DNA of 63,987 nt, filler included, from Basidiobolus ranarum (Eukaryota): NCBI GenBank assembly GCA_040143965.1. It is 6 parts of 6 records of this genome, joined end to end, with 100 filler letters (N's around TTAATTAATTAA, not from the genome) between each part and the next. Parts side by side here need not be neighbours in the genome. Positions count along the whole stretch, not along the records: positions 10,715 to 21,322 come from JASJQH010000688.1; positions 21,423 to 32,027 come from JASJQH010000689.1; 4 more parts are not named here. One strand, given 5' to 3'. The notes beneath the pieces are model-generated. The model ran no database searches and was not told where the DNA came from. It saw nothing but the letters and a program-made list of their open reading frames with translations. The translations under genes and the position numbers were made by a program. Below, in pieces: positions 12,514 to 25,427 of this stretch; within the stretch, counting starts at the first letter, position 1, and the number at the start of each line of letters is the position of its first letter.

Positions 12514-15214
12514 CTAAGAGCGACCACCAGCCTTAACTTGGCTACGCTTGTTACGAGTTTGGTTCCACTTGTTATCACCGGCAGGGTAGCGACGATTACC
12601 TTGACCAGTCTTCAAGCCTGTGTTGTTACCAGGGGTGGCAACCTTTTGCTCTAAGGTCTTCTCATTACTTTCAACGAGAGAGGCGGCCTTATCAGCAAAG
12701 AGAAGTGACAAAACTTGGAGACGAGAAGGCTCAACACGATGGAGAACAACAACTCCCTTGACTTGATCCAAAGAAGCTTGAATCTCCTCACTGAAGATCA
12801 TCTTGGATACAATGCTGTAGACAGCTGGTGCAGCGAGATCGAACATGCTACCAAGTTGCTCCAAACCAACTGTAGAGTAGTAGGAGGCATAGGTGAAGAG
12901 ATAGGTACGGAGACCTTCTTCTTGAATCTTACGAGCAAGCATCTCTTTAATATGTTCAGGGTTGGCAATCAATTCCCAAATCTTGATAGAGCAAATCAAG
13001 TCGCGACTCTTGATCCAATCACCGGCAGCCAAAGCCTTAGAAGCTCCCATAATATGATCACGGGTGTTCTCAGGAGGACCAGCAAACACTTGACGTTCAC
13101 TATAATCAAGAAGTCTACGGAATGGCTTGCTGATAACCTTCTTACGAGCTTCAGGGTTGCTACCGGCAGCAGCCATACTGGGGATCTCCAAAAGCATGGA
13201 GCAAGTAAGGTAAACACATTCCAAGAGTTCGAGGTTGATGTGCATATGGAAAGGAAGCTGTCTTTGTTTCTCGAGCTTCTCTTGTTCAGGAGTGAGGTTG
13301 GTATACTTTTGAAGTTGTAAACCTTGAGCCAAAAGTTCCTTTACTCTGCCAGTTCCACTGATTTCTTGGAGACAAGCATGAGCCTCCTTAACCATACCCT
13401 CACGGAAAGCACAGAGACCCAATTGGACCATAGTTCTGTTGTGAAGGATTTGAGTAGCAACATCAGCTTGATGAATGGAATCTTGGAGATGTGACATAAG
13501 AAGCATATCACGAGCGACATGGAAGCGATCATGAATAGAGTGGTGGAACACATGGCAAAGCATAGCACGAGTACGAAGAAGGGATGAAGCATTCTTGTAT
13601 AAATAAACACAGAGAGAATGAATCAACTTGGTAACATCTTCGGTTTGGTCAACAATATGAGACTTGAGGCTATCAGGAAGTGATTTTTGAACTGATTCCT
13701 CAAGAGTCTTGGAGACCTCGGCAGTCTTGTAGTACAAATGCTCAAGACGCTTCATGATGACTCTAGTCAAAGATTCAGTCAAATTTCTTGATTCAAAGTA
13801 AGCTTGGGAGCGAACAATGATAGAGTAAAGGCTGGATTGATCACTCAAACGAGCAAGATACTCGGGAGTATGAGGATCAATAATTTGAAGGGATTTGATG
13901 AATTCCTCATCAAGACGCTCAATGAAGGAAGCAATAGAACCACGAACTTCAGTGGCATTCTTAACTGCTTCTTTATCCTCCTCATCGATTTCTTCGGCAT
14001 CTTCGAATACCTTGATCTCTGGGTGCTCCTCCAAAGTTTTGAAGAGACTGTTGATATGCTCTTCAGCTCTCTTCCAAGATTCAATAGGCATATAACCAGT
14101 GATGCTAGGAACATAATCGAATTGGGAAGAAACCATTACTAGAAGAACCTTAATCTTTTGATAAGGTGTAGCTGACACGGCAAGGAGCTTGTTGAGAATA
14201 GTGATTTGCTCAGTTCTATCGGTATTCTTTTTACCACGAGCTTCAATGATTTCGTTAAGCTTCTTGAAAAGATTTTCGGAAGTATAATCAGCAACCTTTC
14301 CGCCTTTACCAACGGTGGTGAAACCATCATCGATATCAGCAGCAATGTCTTGAGCTGATGCAGCTTCAACAGTCTTTTTCTTTGTAGCGTCTTTCTTGGG
14401 CTTATCAGCAGACTTCTTGAGCCATTTGTTGACACCAGCGCTAGATTCATCATCAGAGTCGGAATCAGAATCCTCATCTTTTTCGTCAGATTCATCATCA
14501 GCACCTTCTTCCTCGACAGGAGCCTTAATTAAATGTTAAAAATACATTCCAATCGAAATAATGGTGGTAGAACTACAAACCTTTCTGAACTCTTCCAAGT
14601 CCTTCTCATAAGCCTTGTTGTTCTTTCTAAGCTTTTGTCTCATACTGTTGAGGGCTTTAGAGTTGGAAGCATTCATCTTCTTCTTGCTGTCAAGAACCTC
14701 TTTCAAACCATCTTCTAAATGAACTAAACAACGGATATAAAATTTGGGGACACCAGAGGTAGAAATAAGGGTGGTAGCCTTAGAGATAAGTTTGGTAAGC
14801 TTATCGAATTCTAAAAAAGAAACAAAAATATTATTAGTAAATTTACAAGAATATAAAGAGAACAGGACAGACTAAGAAGTGAAATAAAATATTACCGCTA
14901 GCAATAGTGACCCAATCGTTAATTTTGAGTCCATTATCAATGACTTTAACTGCTGCGGTCATTTCGTCGTAACGTTTGTCTTTGGCGGACTTAACCACAC
15001 GTTTTACATCCTCATCGTCATCAGAATCCTCATCAACACCACCTCTCATAAAACGGTTAAGACCACCTTGGGCAGCGGTCTTAGACTGGTCTTTTTCTTT
15101 TTCTTCTTCTCCATCAGATTTTTCTTCTTCAGAAGAGTAAAAAGATTCTTCACTAGAGCTAGAAGTGAGATCTTCAGAATCCGAGTCGGAATCACCACGG
15201 AAAAAACGAGACAT
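12514..15214 (-). CDS. NIP1: Translation initiation factor 3 subunit C, 2 introns
   Basis: MSRFF...acidic Ser-rich start, KRVVKSAKDKR, LPFHMHINLELLE, GPPENTRDH, C-terminal PCI domain. Confidence 0.97.
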
Positions 15215-15951
15215 ATTGAGGTGCGTTTAAGGTAGCTAAAAGTAATTCAAAATGAATGTTTAGAATAAATATCTGAATATATATATTCCTCAAGTAAGAC
15301 TAAAAGTAACAGCTCGATATTATTCTCGAGAAGAAAGCGTTTCTCTTTAGAGAAAATCGAAATTTCAATAGAAAAACTTGAAATAGCTTACGTTACGAAA
15401 GCGAACACTTGTCGGAGGGTGGACCAACAACACTTCACTATACTATGTCGATTTCAAGGTAACTCTTTTTTTTTCGTTTTTTCCCTTCACAGTTCCCCCG
15501 AAAAAAAAATCCCTTCATAAAAAAACTGATTGGAAATTATCTCCCCTACTCTGATCTAATTACTGTATTATCTTGAATTCTCTGCTCTGATTCCATTAAT
15601 TGCAGTATTTTTCATCCAATAAATGAGATTAAAATCAGTAATTTTATGTTATGGCAATGCAAAATGATGGAAGTTTACGATGATTTTAGATTACGTAGTA
15701 AATGAACAAGCATTTATTACAATTTAATGAGAATGTGTTGCTGTTTAAACTGGTGTGAAGGATGTATGATTTGGAGTGAGGGTGATGAGAAAAGAAGGTG
15801 GATGAAACGATGATTATTTTAGGATTGCTCTGAAGGAATGTATAAAATTTGAACATCAATCAGAGAATCCCCACTTTTACTATATAACGATATCAAGAAT
15901 ATTCTTTCAAGTTGATATTTCTGCTCATGTAGACAGGAGGGAAAATACCAC

Positions 15952-16375
15952 TTATTTTTGTCTCCACTCAAGATCTAACTTGTTAGCATCGAGGTCGATG
16001 TTATTAACACGTCTAGCAAAACGAGAGATTCCCTCATTCCAAGAGCTTTTGAAGGAAGGAAGTACGTTATCGTTTAAATTCTTCTGGTGTCTGTAAATAT
16101 GGTCTAGGGTGCTAGGTGGCTGTTTGGCCCTAACAATTTCATCAACCTAAGTGGAGCATTAAGAATGAATAAGTGGTTGTAGAGACAAACAAGGGATCTC
16201 AAACACAAACCTTTTTGGAGTTAGTGCCTCCAGGAAGTGTTTCCTCTAATTTTTGACGGGCATCAGAAATGGTTGAACGAACACTCTTAAAATCTTCTTC
16301 AATACTAGTTCTAAAATAATGGAGTAGGGAACCCGACACAAGTATACCTGCTACAGCAGAAGTTAATCTAGACAT
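15952..16375 (-). CDS. Small two-exon protein (119 aa), Mic12/Aim5-like MICOS subunit
   Basis: Exons 16375-16211 and 16146-15952 join in frame over a GT-AG intron: MSRLTSAVAGILVSGSLLHYFR...SFKSSWNEGISRFARRV. N-terminal hydrophobic helix plus KxxWN motif. Confidence 0.7.
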
Positions 16376-16732
16376 TATTTCTTGGTGGGGGAGGAGTAAG
16401 AAAGAAGCGTGTGATGGTATACTTTAGAGGTCTATAATTAATAATTGGAGAAATCAATCTCTTATCTAACTAATGATGGGGTAAAGGTTAATGGTTTTGG
16501 GAACTTATCTTTTCACTAAACATGGATATCATTTTGTATAATGGACTTTGAAAAACTTAACAAACGTATTTAACTAAATCACCTTTGTTAAACGAACAAA
16601 TTTTCTATAATCGATGTTTCTTGCGTAACTCTATGAGTTGTAATTGGTTTAAATTTTAGAATATTTTTAAATGGATTTATTAAATATAGCGGAGTATTTA
16701 ACAAATGAAATAAACAATTAGATAGATTCGAT

Positions 16733-18685
16733 TCATTCTTTGTACCAGAATGATTTCAACCATTGTCGATGTCCCCAGCATTTACCATTAGAAACGTCAT
16801 CATGTTTCAATACCTCTAAAATCGCATACAACCAATTGGCCGTGTTGAATTGTGTGAAGTACTCCTGCTTGGCTTCTTTACGGGCATGCTCTGACATAGT
16901 TCTATAGAGTTCTTGATTGGTAAACAAATCGAACATTTTGTCTACTACCTTTTCAACATTCAAGGCCTCAACTAAATAACCAGTACGACCATCTACAATC
17001 TGCAGCGGAATACCACCTGTATTGTAGGCAACCACAGGGACTCCTTTTGCTAAGGCCTCAGTAACCTTTACTTCAAAGCCTTCTCTGTGAGAGAGTTGAA
17101 GTGCAATATGTGCACCACGAAGTATCGAATTTAACAATTGATCACTTCCCGGTACACGTACAACGCACACATCATTAGCTAGATCCACATATCTATCTTC
17201 TGCCAAAAGGTCTAGTACTTGCTGATAGATGATAGCACCGTCTGGATCATCGACACTACCATGACCACAGATGACCAATTGTGGAGTGGGTCTTTTGTTT
17301 GCTGCCTTCAACCGATCACGGAGAAGTTTGTACGCCTCTAAGACGTCTGGAATGCCTTTTGAGGGATCAAATCTGGCCACTTGGATTATATATGGTACTC
17401 CTTTGCGAAGTTCAGGTGAGTGTTGATCATAACAGATACGATTGAACACTAATCTATAGTATTCCATGTCACGTAGATTCAAACCTTTGTTGAGACCATC
17501 CAAAGGATCAGTTGCGGCTGGTAGCAATACTACCTTATCTTCTGGCACTGATTCAGGAATGAAATTAGCCACCGGATGACTAATGAATAGGTCTACGTCT
17601 TTGATGAAATCCCAGATAAAATTCCACGTCTCGGCTTGTGGGCTGCTCTCATCAGCAACTAAATCAGCACGCACTTCGATATGTGAGCGGTAAATAATTT
17701 TACATTTTGGATTGATTTGTCGGATATATGGGACCAACCCAGATACTTGTGGATCATCAATGATGATAACGTCTGAGTGACGGAACGGTCCGTCTTCCAC
17801 TGACCAACGATCAGCATTGGTTTTAATCCAGTTGCGGTAGACCTCTTTGTCGTCCTCAGATAAACGAACATCTTTAGGAGCAACTCCTTGCAATACGTTG
17901 TGGAATTTACGTTTGGTAATGTCGAATACGTTGGGCTTGGGTTTAACTACAAACCAATGTGCGTCAACTCCTAGCAACCTCAGTAGGCGAATATTGGCAT
18001 GTCTCATTAACGCAACACCTCCACCTCTAGGTGTAGCATTGAAAAAGCTAATTTTGAGTTTACGATCTTTAATCTCGTCAGCAAATTTTGTCAATGCTGT
18101 CCAAGTTTGAGACTCAGTGATTGCCTTGTAGTGGCTCAAGTCACACATGTGAATTTCTCCGTTCAAATCCACATCCACTTCATTGTTATAACTTACTGCT
18201 ACCCGTGTAATGCTTCCCGGGAACTGTGGACTCATCCACATGATAGATTTACGCACAGCAGCGCAAGCCCTTTCATCAGGCGACTGTCCCCTTGTAGCCA
18301 CCAGGAAAGGTATAGCGTCAAACTCAAACCAAAGGCGACCCGCAATACTTGGAGGTGGTGCCTCAATTGAATCGGGGTCTTCCTTATCAGATGGGTAGTT
18401 GCGAGAAATTGCCACTGTATGAATCTTGTAGTGTTGAGCAGAGGCGTAGGATACCAAATCATCCAGGATGCTATCTTCGACTTCTTTCAGTTTTGTTCCT
18501 GCTTCGACAGACTCAATGGAGTAGTCTAGAGGGTAAGAGCCGTCGTGTGTGTAAATGCAGTAAATGGTAGAGTTATCATCCTTGTTATTCTCAATATGGA
18601 TACCGATGTAAATTGGCTGTGGTAAAGAATCATCATGGATAATGCGGGAGTTTTTACGAGGTAATTGCTTTGGAACGTAACTCAT
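16733..18685 (-). CDS. Trehalose phosphorylase / trehalose synthase (GT4, Ccg-9-like)
   Basis: Intronless 650 aa with ATPRGGGVALMRH, FDITKRKFHNVLQG, DDPQV, QVARFDPSKG, CGHGSVDDPDG, LQLSHREGFEVKVTEA. Confidence 0.93.
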   Translation of the reverse strand: MSYVPKQLPRKNSRIIHDDSLPQPIYIGIHIENNKDDNSTIYCIYTHDGSYPLDYSIESVEAGTKLKEVEDSILDDLVSYASAQHYKIHTVAISRNYPSDKEDPDSIEAPPPSIAGRLWFEFDAIPFLVATRGQSPDERACAAVRKSIMWMSPQFPGSITRVAVSYNNEVDVDLNGEIHMCDLSHYKAITESQTWTALTKFADEIKDRKLKISFFNATPRGGGVALMRHANIRLLRLLGVDAHWFVVKPKPNVFDITKRKFHNVLQGVAPKDVRLSEDDKEVYRNWIKTNADRWSVEDGPFRHSDVIIIDDPQVSGLVPYIRQINPKCKIIYRSHIEVRADLVADESSPQAETWNFIWDFIKDVDLFISHPVANFIPESVPEDKVVLLPAATDPLDGLNKGLNLRDMEYYRLVFNRICYDQHSPELRKGVPYIIQVARFDPSKGIPDVLEAYKLLRDRLKAANKRPTPQLVICGHGSVDDPDGAIIYQQVLDLLAEDRYVDLANDVCVVRVPGSDQLLNSILRGAHIALQLSHREGFEVKVTEALAKGVPVVAYNTGGIPLQIVDGRTGYLVEALNVEKVVDKMFDLFTNQELYRTMSEHARKEAKQEYFTQFNTANWLYAILEVLKHDDVSNGKCWGHRQWLKSFWYKE

Positions 18686-19646
18686 ACTTTAGATAGACGT
18701 GAATAAAGTGGGTGACAACTAAACGATCTCTCAAATTTATAGAGAAATCCACGTAGGCCTAGTTTCAATCAAATTCAGCAAACTATGTATTCCAAGACTC
18801 AAGTGTGACGTACAATTATGGGTACTGGGCATATGACTTTGACGTCAATAGGATTATTACAGATTTCAGAAATATTATGGAAGTAATTACTACCAATAGA
18901 AATGCTATCAGATAGCTTTAGTGCATATTAAAAGAAGACCGAACTTTCCACTTTCTAACTTTCGTCATGTCAAGTTAATAGTTTCATGTTTGTTTCCCCA
19001 GTGTGACTGGTTTATAGTTAGGTCTTATTTACGTAATCGATGGGTCCCCACAATGCCATATTTTATTTATCTAATCTACATTTGTCGCTCATTTTACTCC
19101 AGTTCCTATCATGATCTTGCATATCTTCAGTTGATTTGTTTAAATTGAGGAAGCATTACGTGGCCTACCCTAAGCTTTTATATAGTGAAAATACACTAGT
19201 AGCATTGGTGTTGGATTGTTTGAGTGATAAGTATACTTATATGGTAATTCGGCCCAAGCAATAGAATTGGCTGAACTTATTGATGGTAAAAATAGCGCAA
19301 CAGGTAGAGATGTCAATCATTGACGGCTACAACGGGAACTAACATAGATAGGTTGCCTGAGCAACTTCCGAGCCTAAACCGAGACAGTTTGAATGCTTAT
19401 ACATTTTGGGCCTATATATACTTCTCACTATACTATTCTAAGAACCGCTTTCTCCTCAGTATAATATCATAACAACTGTTTGTTTCTCACTACTACGTTG
19501 AAGTTTTTCAAATTTATGAAATGGCCGTCTCACGTGACCATTCATTATTTCTGTTTCTTGGGTGTTTCCACAGAGAAGAGATATGACAACTTACATTGAA
19601 ATGTTTGCTTTCAACATATTAGTCACCACGGCATTCCAAAGCAGAA

Positions 19647-20000
19647 GTCAAATATTAACATATCCTAAACATTTATATAGTCATATATAGCTTAGCATTT
19701 AGTTATTCCATATTTCACTGATATGACCTACGATTCTCAATCTTTCACTGATATGACCTACGATTCTCAATCTTTCACTGATATGACCTACTATTCTCAA
19801 TCCGAATTTGCCTAAGTTTGAAGATATATAAATTTTGAAAACTTGTCCTAGAGGCCCCAAACTTTCCTGGGACCTTCCTTAAACATTGTACACGTTTGTT
19901 TGTACCTAATTATAAATGTCAACTTTTCACTCAATAAGCCAATAAGTGAAAACTATCAATTCTTTCTAGTTCTTCTAGCCACTTCCAAAATACTTCAACA
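19647..20000 (+). mobile_element. Degenerate solo LTR, family 1
   Basis: CCTAAACATTTATATAGTCATATATAGCTTAG...CCAAAATACTTCAACA, colinear with 45801-46139. Confidence 0.75.
19713..19802. repeat. 30-bp tandem repeat, three copies
   Basis: TTTCACTGATATGACCTACGATTCTCAATC x3 head to tail, one mismatch in copy 3, no spacers. Confidence 0.95.
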
Positions 20001-21118
20001 GTATTCAACTTGCAACCATATCCTCTACCTATCCTCACCCTTTCCCATGCTAACCCTATCCCCTTGTATAAACGATCAATATGAGGTCATAAAAGGTATA
20101 TATATCCGGTTTGTTAATTACTCACAAACATTCGGTTTGTAGTATACGATGAAATTAACGAATGTAAAATACTCAGCAATCCCTGGATTAACCAAACTAG
20201 GAGCTAATCCTTAGAGCGACGTTTAAACCAGACCTTGGGATTTCCGATTGGCGCGATGAAAACTTGAATCTAATCAAACGGCTTCATGATCATGGCACAA
20301 CTCGTTCATGAACGGAAGCAATCCGTTCATTAGCCATATACAGGTCGAACTCGATCCCTAAATATTAGAGTTAGAGTTAAGGCATAAAGTTTAAATGAAT
20401 TCTATTTGAGGATTGATTCATTGTAGAACTATTGACTTGATCATTAATACAGTGTCTTTAAGTCTTACTTTGGTAGATTCTTGAACTCAGGTAGTGCAAG
20501 ATTGTGGCCGACAGATTATCGATTGTGATACATCTACTAGTAGTTCCGAACGTCATTTAGTTTACGATGCAATGTATCATTTTACCGGGTGCAAGTCATT
20601 TGACGATTCTCTTTTGAAAGCAATCGCTATGTAGTTCTACAAGGAACGGGGCTATGTCTTATAACTGCTTACATTCTGAAACCACTCATTCAAGTGGCTG
20701 AAGGTTGTCAAAGTAACTGGATTATCCTTGAGATGGAAGGGAGATCAAACAGTATATCATTTAGTATGTGTGGCGGATTTACGAGCGCTGGTTTACGAAC
20801 CATACTCCACTACGTACAAAGATAATCTAACCTAAATAGACTCTATTCTATTGAACGAATCCTATCTGATAGTCGTCTTTAAGCTTAAATCAATTGTGTT
20901 AACACTGTGATGACTATAAGGAAGTATTTTCAAAAAAAACCTCACGCGGACACCATCTAGTGATGGATAATTTGGGACAGAGAACACAGTTCATACAAAA
21001 TTTAGAAAAAGCGAGTCCAACATCACTGTGAAACATTCCCATAACTTAATCTCCACTCTTATAAATAGGCCCCGACATTCCTTGTCATAAATCAGTAACC
21101 TACTCACAAGCAATCAGC

Positions 21119-21322
21119 ATGGATAGACTCAGAAAGTGAGAACCCTTCATTCCCTAAATACTTGAGATATATATTTCATTTTTCATTTGTTAACCAATTT
21201 CTTTCTTTGTACAGTTTGTTGGAAATCAAACCCAAGGGTGGTGATGTTGAGCACGAAAATAACCGCTACTGGAGTGAGGATATGGCTCCTCTCCCCGAAG
21301 AAAGACAAACCTGGGATCTTCT
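21119..21322 (+). CDS. Second NCS1-family permease paralog, 5' part, truncated
   Basis: ATG GAT AGA CTC AGA AA|gtgag intron, then LLEIKPKGGDVEHENNRYWSEDMAPLPEERQTWDL. Confidence 0.85.
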
Positions 21323-21422
21323 NNNNNNNNNNNNNNNNNNNNNNNNNNNNNNNNNNNNNNNNNNNNTTAATTAATTAANNNNNNNNNNNNNNNNNNNNNN
21401 NNNNNNNNNNNNNNNNNNNNNN
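21323..21422. other. Artificial contig linker
   Basis: N44-TTAATTAATTAA-N44. Confidence 0.99.
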
Positions 21423-22666
21423 TCCCACCGAACAACCGCGTAGTGTTGGCAGATGGAGGGAAGAATGGGTCGATTAACTGGGTCGATGCAGATACTGGGA
21501 GCCAAGTGGATGTAGATCGAGTCCTAGAAAACAAGCATACGGTACCGGTGGAGTTGGCGGTGACGAACAAAGCGTTCAACTTACTGGTGGATAACAATGA
21601 AATTCGTAAATACTTGCTTGATATTCGAGTATTTGCCAGAATGAAGCCACACGATAAGGTCGAATGTGTTCAACTACATATGGAACGTGGAGTTACCGCC
21701 ATGTGTGGAGATGGTGGCAATGACTGTGGCGCTCTCAGAGCATCACATGTAGGAGTTGCACTTAGCGATGCTGAAGCATCCATTGTATCACCATTTAGTT
21801 CGAGCAATAGATCAGTCATGTCCTGTGTTGAACTGCTGAGACAAGGGCGTGGTGCGCTGGCAACATCTTTCGCTGGTTACAAGTACATGATCATGTATGG
21901 ACAAACCATGGGATTCGTTAAAATCTTTAGTTTGTACTTCTCCGTCACCATTCCACAGAACGTATGGATTTTAGTGGATGGATTCATCACTATTGGACTT
22001 TCCTGGGCGGTAACGCAATCTAAGCCTGCCAAAAAGCTGGCCAGTAGTAGACCTACCTCACGAATTCTCGGGCCTGAAACCATGGCCTCAGTGATAGGAT
22101 TAGTCGTCATGAATTGGATCTTCGGGTGTGCCGCATTTGGGTGGTTACGTTCACAGCCATGGTATCTTTGTAACGAGTTTGATTCATCCACAGTGGACTA
22201 CGCCAAATGGTGGCTTCTAGGAGATAACTACGAAGCGGAGATCTTAGGATTGGTGACATTATTCCAATTTGTAAATTCCGCTTTCGTATTCAATCTGGGG
22301 TATAAATTCCGTCGTGGATGGTATCGTAACTACGTTCTTCTTATACTCTGGGGAGCATTTGTGGTGATTGTGTCATATATTGAATTGGCGGAACCCAATA
22401 AATTTGGATGTATGTTCCGAATTAATTGTGGCAGTGCAGATGTACTTGAGAAGTTGGGCTATTCTAGACCTAACTTCTACATTGAAAGCTACAACCTTGA
22501 GCAAGGACACAACGTATTACCGAAGGAATTTCGATGGAGATTATGGGGATTCTCCATGGGGAATGTTATACTAGGAATCCTTTGGCAAGCGTTTTTCATT
22601 TTAGGTCCAGTTAGAAAATATTTCGAAAAGAGATATCCATTGGAGCGTCTCCAATTGAAGCGATAG
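21423..22666 (+). CDS. P5-type ATPase (Ypk9/ATP13A-like), C-terminal part
   Basis: VFARMKPHDK, MCGDGGNDCGAL, EASIVSPFSS, LLRQGRGALATSF, followed by multiple TM helices. Confidence 0.93.
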
Positions 22667-23059
22667 TTATATATCTCCAAATGCAACATTTAGTTGATCA
22701 CTAGAATCTCACTCACCGCATATCACTTCACTCCCCTTCACATCATATCATATCATATCATCCATCATCTTTATATTCTTATTAACATTTTTGAACCGGT
22801 AAATTTTCTCTTACATTTCATTAGAAATCTAGCTTAAGTTATGATTAACTTGGATGATTACAGAAATTCAATAACATTAACATTAACCAAAAGTATTCTC
22901 TCTCCTCTATCTTCCCAATCACTTAATCTCAAAACTTCTTATTTCTTCTAGGTATTCAACAACTGATTTAAATGAAATCATTCAACAAATCAACTATATG
23001 TCACACCATGAATGAATTCTTTTATCATCTAGTATTAGTAGTATTATGAATTAAGTAAA

Positions 23060-23141
23060 CTAGATTTCATATCTTAGTGAGTTATAAGATAACTAAGTTA
23101 TATATGACTATATAGGTGTTTAGGCAATGCTAATTTCAACA
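23060..23141 (-). mobile_element. Family 1 LTR terminal fragment
   Basis: TATATGACTATATAGGTGTTTAGGCAATGCTAATTTCAACA is identical to the end of the 2834-3242 copy. Confidence 0.75.
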
Positions 23142-23369
23142 GATATTCCTATTTAGAATATAGGGACTATAGATATGTTGCTTTCTGTTTCTGATATATG
23201 TATCATACCTAAGGTTAACTAAGATGTTGAATAAAGATTAATTATCCAACACAGAGAGTAAGCTGAGGGAGTATAGATAAAAGAAAGATAATAGTCTGTA
23301 GGGTTCTAAAGTATTTTCATCTTAACATTGACTTAGACCTGCCTATCTTTATCATATCATTTAAAGTTC

Positions 23370-23650
23370 AAGTGATTTGAAGAACTAGGAAGAATTGGTG
23401 GTTTTCACTTAATGATTTATTTGAGTATGAGTTGACATTTATACTTTTGTCAAGAAGTAGATCAACCAATGTGTAGAGTACAAAGTTTGGGAACTTTTGA
23501 ACAAGTTTGAGAAAATCACATTATCTGAAAACTTCCAAGTTGGTAAAAATATTCAAAGTAAATTCTGAGTGAAGATATTGAATAATAACATAACTTAAGC
23601 ATCTATATAGTTATATAGCTAGCTACCTAAATCTCACTGTCATTTTCAAC
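23370..23650 (-). mobile_element. Degenerate family 1 LTR
   Basis: GAACTAGGAAGAATTGGTGGTTTTCACTT...AGTTGACATTTATA...CAAGTTTGAGAAAATC...TTTCAACA. Confidence 0.7.
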
Positions 23651-24500
23651 ATTTAGAACTTTCATTCTCTTTTCAATAATGAAAATTCAACTGAATTTAG
23701 AAGATATAGATTTTAATTGAATCTGAATCTGAATCATCATGATATGTATACAATAACATCCATGAAATCGAGAGAAGTGGTAAAGTAAAATTCGTGGAAG
23801 AATGGCAGAAATTAACTGCATTGAAATAGGTATGCATGATAGGTCAGTAATAGGTGTTCATTTCCGGATAATTCTCATACATCTATGATATGATTATTGC
23901 TTGGTATAAATGAAACGCAGAATTCATCGATATACATCCCATTTTCTAAATTAACTTTGTACATTATCAACCTGCAGTACTTGTTGTTTTCTATACGCAA
24001 GATATATTAATAATGGCTATTGTTAACTAGATACTAAAGGCGAATAATACATTAGAACCATATGGTTTTATGTTGTGGAATTTCTGTTTTGTAGTGGTTT
24101 ATTTGCGTTCACGAAAATATCAACAGTTTATAACACTGTACAGACGAGGTCCTTCGTAGTATATTTTGTGTGATTTGTATTTTGGACAGTGCTAGGTGAG
24201 AAGAAAGGAAAACGTGAACTGTAGGAGTTTTGGGCGCACCAAACATTTGGGAATCCGAGTGTGGAGGTGAAGCGAAAAGTAGATGTGGAAGTGAGGTGCA
24301 ATAGGTGTGTGATTGGAGCATATAGAACTGCACCGATTGGTGCTATGTACAATTGAATAATATCTGGTGACGATATGCATGACCAAGTCAGAAAGAGAAA
24401 AATATTTGACCATATGTTTCAAGTGTAATGTGAAACTTAAAAGGCATAAGGGTGGAAAAAGGACAATTTTTAGGTTTGTAAATTTACATAGAGTGATTGC

Positions 24501-25427
24501 TTAACGAACGATAACCCTGCTATCTTGCCACCGTGGCGAAGCACAGGCGCCCGTTGAGTTCGGCACATCTTTATGGAATGGCTCGGAGCTGGAGAGAGAA
24601 GTTACACCGGATTTGAGTTTGAAAGGTGAACTAACATTCTTCTCCTCCTTAACTTCAACCTCCATAGGGACAGGAGAATCGGCTTCGTTGTTGGGGACAT
24701 GAGCATCAGCTTTGTTTCTCATCTCCGTTAACTCGAGGCGTAAGCGCTTGTTCTCGTCTTCCGCTTTGGTCATTGATTCACGAAGGGACTTGATCTCGTT
24801 TTGATGCTGTTGAACTTGTTGCTCCAATGTTGAGATATACTCCTTTCTTCTGACGCGGAAATTCCTGGCTGAAATCTTGTTGCGAAGTTGTCTACGCTCT
24901 TTCGAGCTAAGATTTTGGAAATTAGGATTATTAGGGTCAAGTTCGGTCTCCAATTCGGCCGATGAAGTGCGCTGGATTGGCTTTGGGGGAGATGGGGCGA
25001 TAGACAGTGGAGTAGGAGCGGATGGAGCAAACGAGTTGGTGGTTTTCCGCGGATTGATAGCGGGTGCTAATGATGCAGGAGATGGAGTAGCAGCAGAGGT
25101 TGGAGCCGTCTGCACAAGATTTGGTGCGCCATACAATAATGTAGAGTCAGCCACACCAAATTGAAGGCTTGTCGGGGAACCAAGAAGATTACCAAGTAGC
25201 ATGTCAATATCAGTAGACTCAGACTTAAGGTTAGTCAAAGTAGGTGTGACTTGACTGGTTGGAGGTAGCTGATTAGATAGTTCATTACCGAAGTATAAAC
25301 GAAACAAATCAGCGTTGCTCATATCCTGACTCTGTGGTTCTGACACATACTTGGGATCAATAAATGCGTCAAATACATCACTAACTTCTTCAATGCCTTG
25401 AGATACGTTGTTGGAAGCCATGTTCAA
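24501..25427 (-). CDS. bZIP transcription factor
   Basis: LSSKERRQLRNKISARNFRVRRKEYISTLE basic region followed by a coiled coil; Ser/Pro-rich N-terminus. The 3' end could be spliced further. Confidence 0.9.
   Translation of the reverse strand: MNMASNNVSQGIEEVSDVFDAFIDPKYVSEPQSQDMSNADLFRLYFGNELSNQLPPTSQVTPTLTNLKSESTDIDMLLGNLLGSPTSLQFGVADSTLLYGAPNLVQTAPTSAATPSPASLAPAINPRKTTNSFAPSAPTPLSIAPSPPKPIQRTSSAELETELDPNNPNFQNLSSKERRQLRNKISARNFRVRRKEYISTLEQQVQQHQNEIKSLRESMTKAEDENKRLRLELTEMRNKADAHVPNNEADSPVPMEVEVKEEKNVSSPFKLKSGVTSLSSSEPFHKDVPNSTGACASPRWQDSRVIVR

Noticed and set aside
12715-14142. Long antisense and alternate-frame ORFs over eIF3c (similar ones over the bZIP, CBM19-like and Ser/Thr-rich genes)
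   Set aside because: Expected shadows of codon bias and low-complexity coding sequence; no motifs.
19713-19802. Possible CRISPR array (30-bp repeats)
   Set aside because: No spacers, no cas genes, eukaryotic context.
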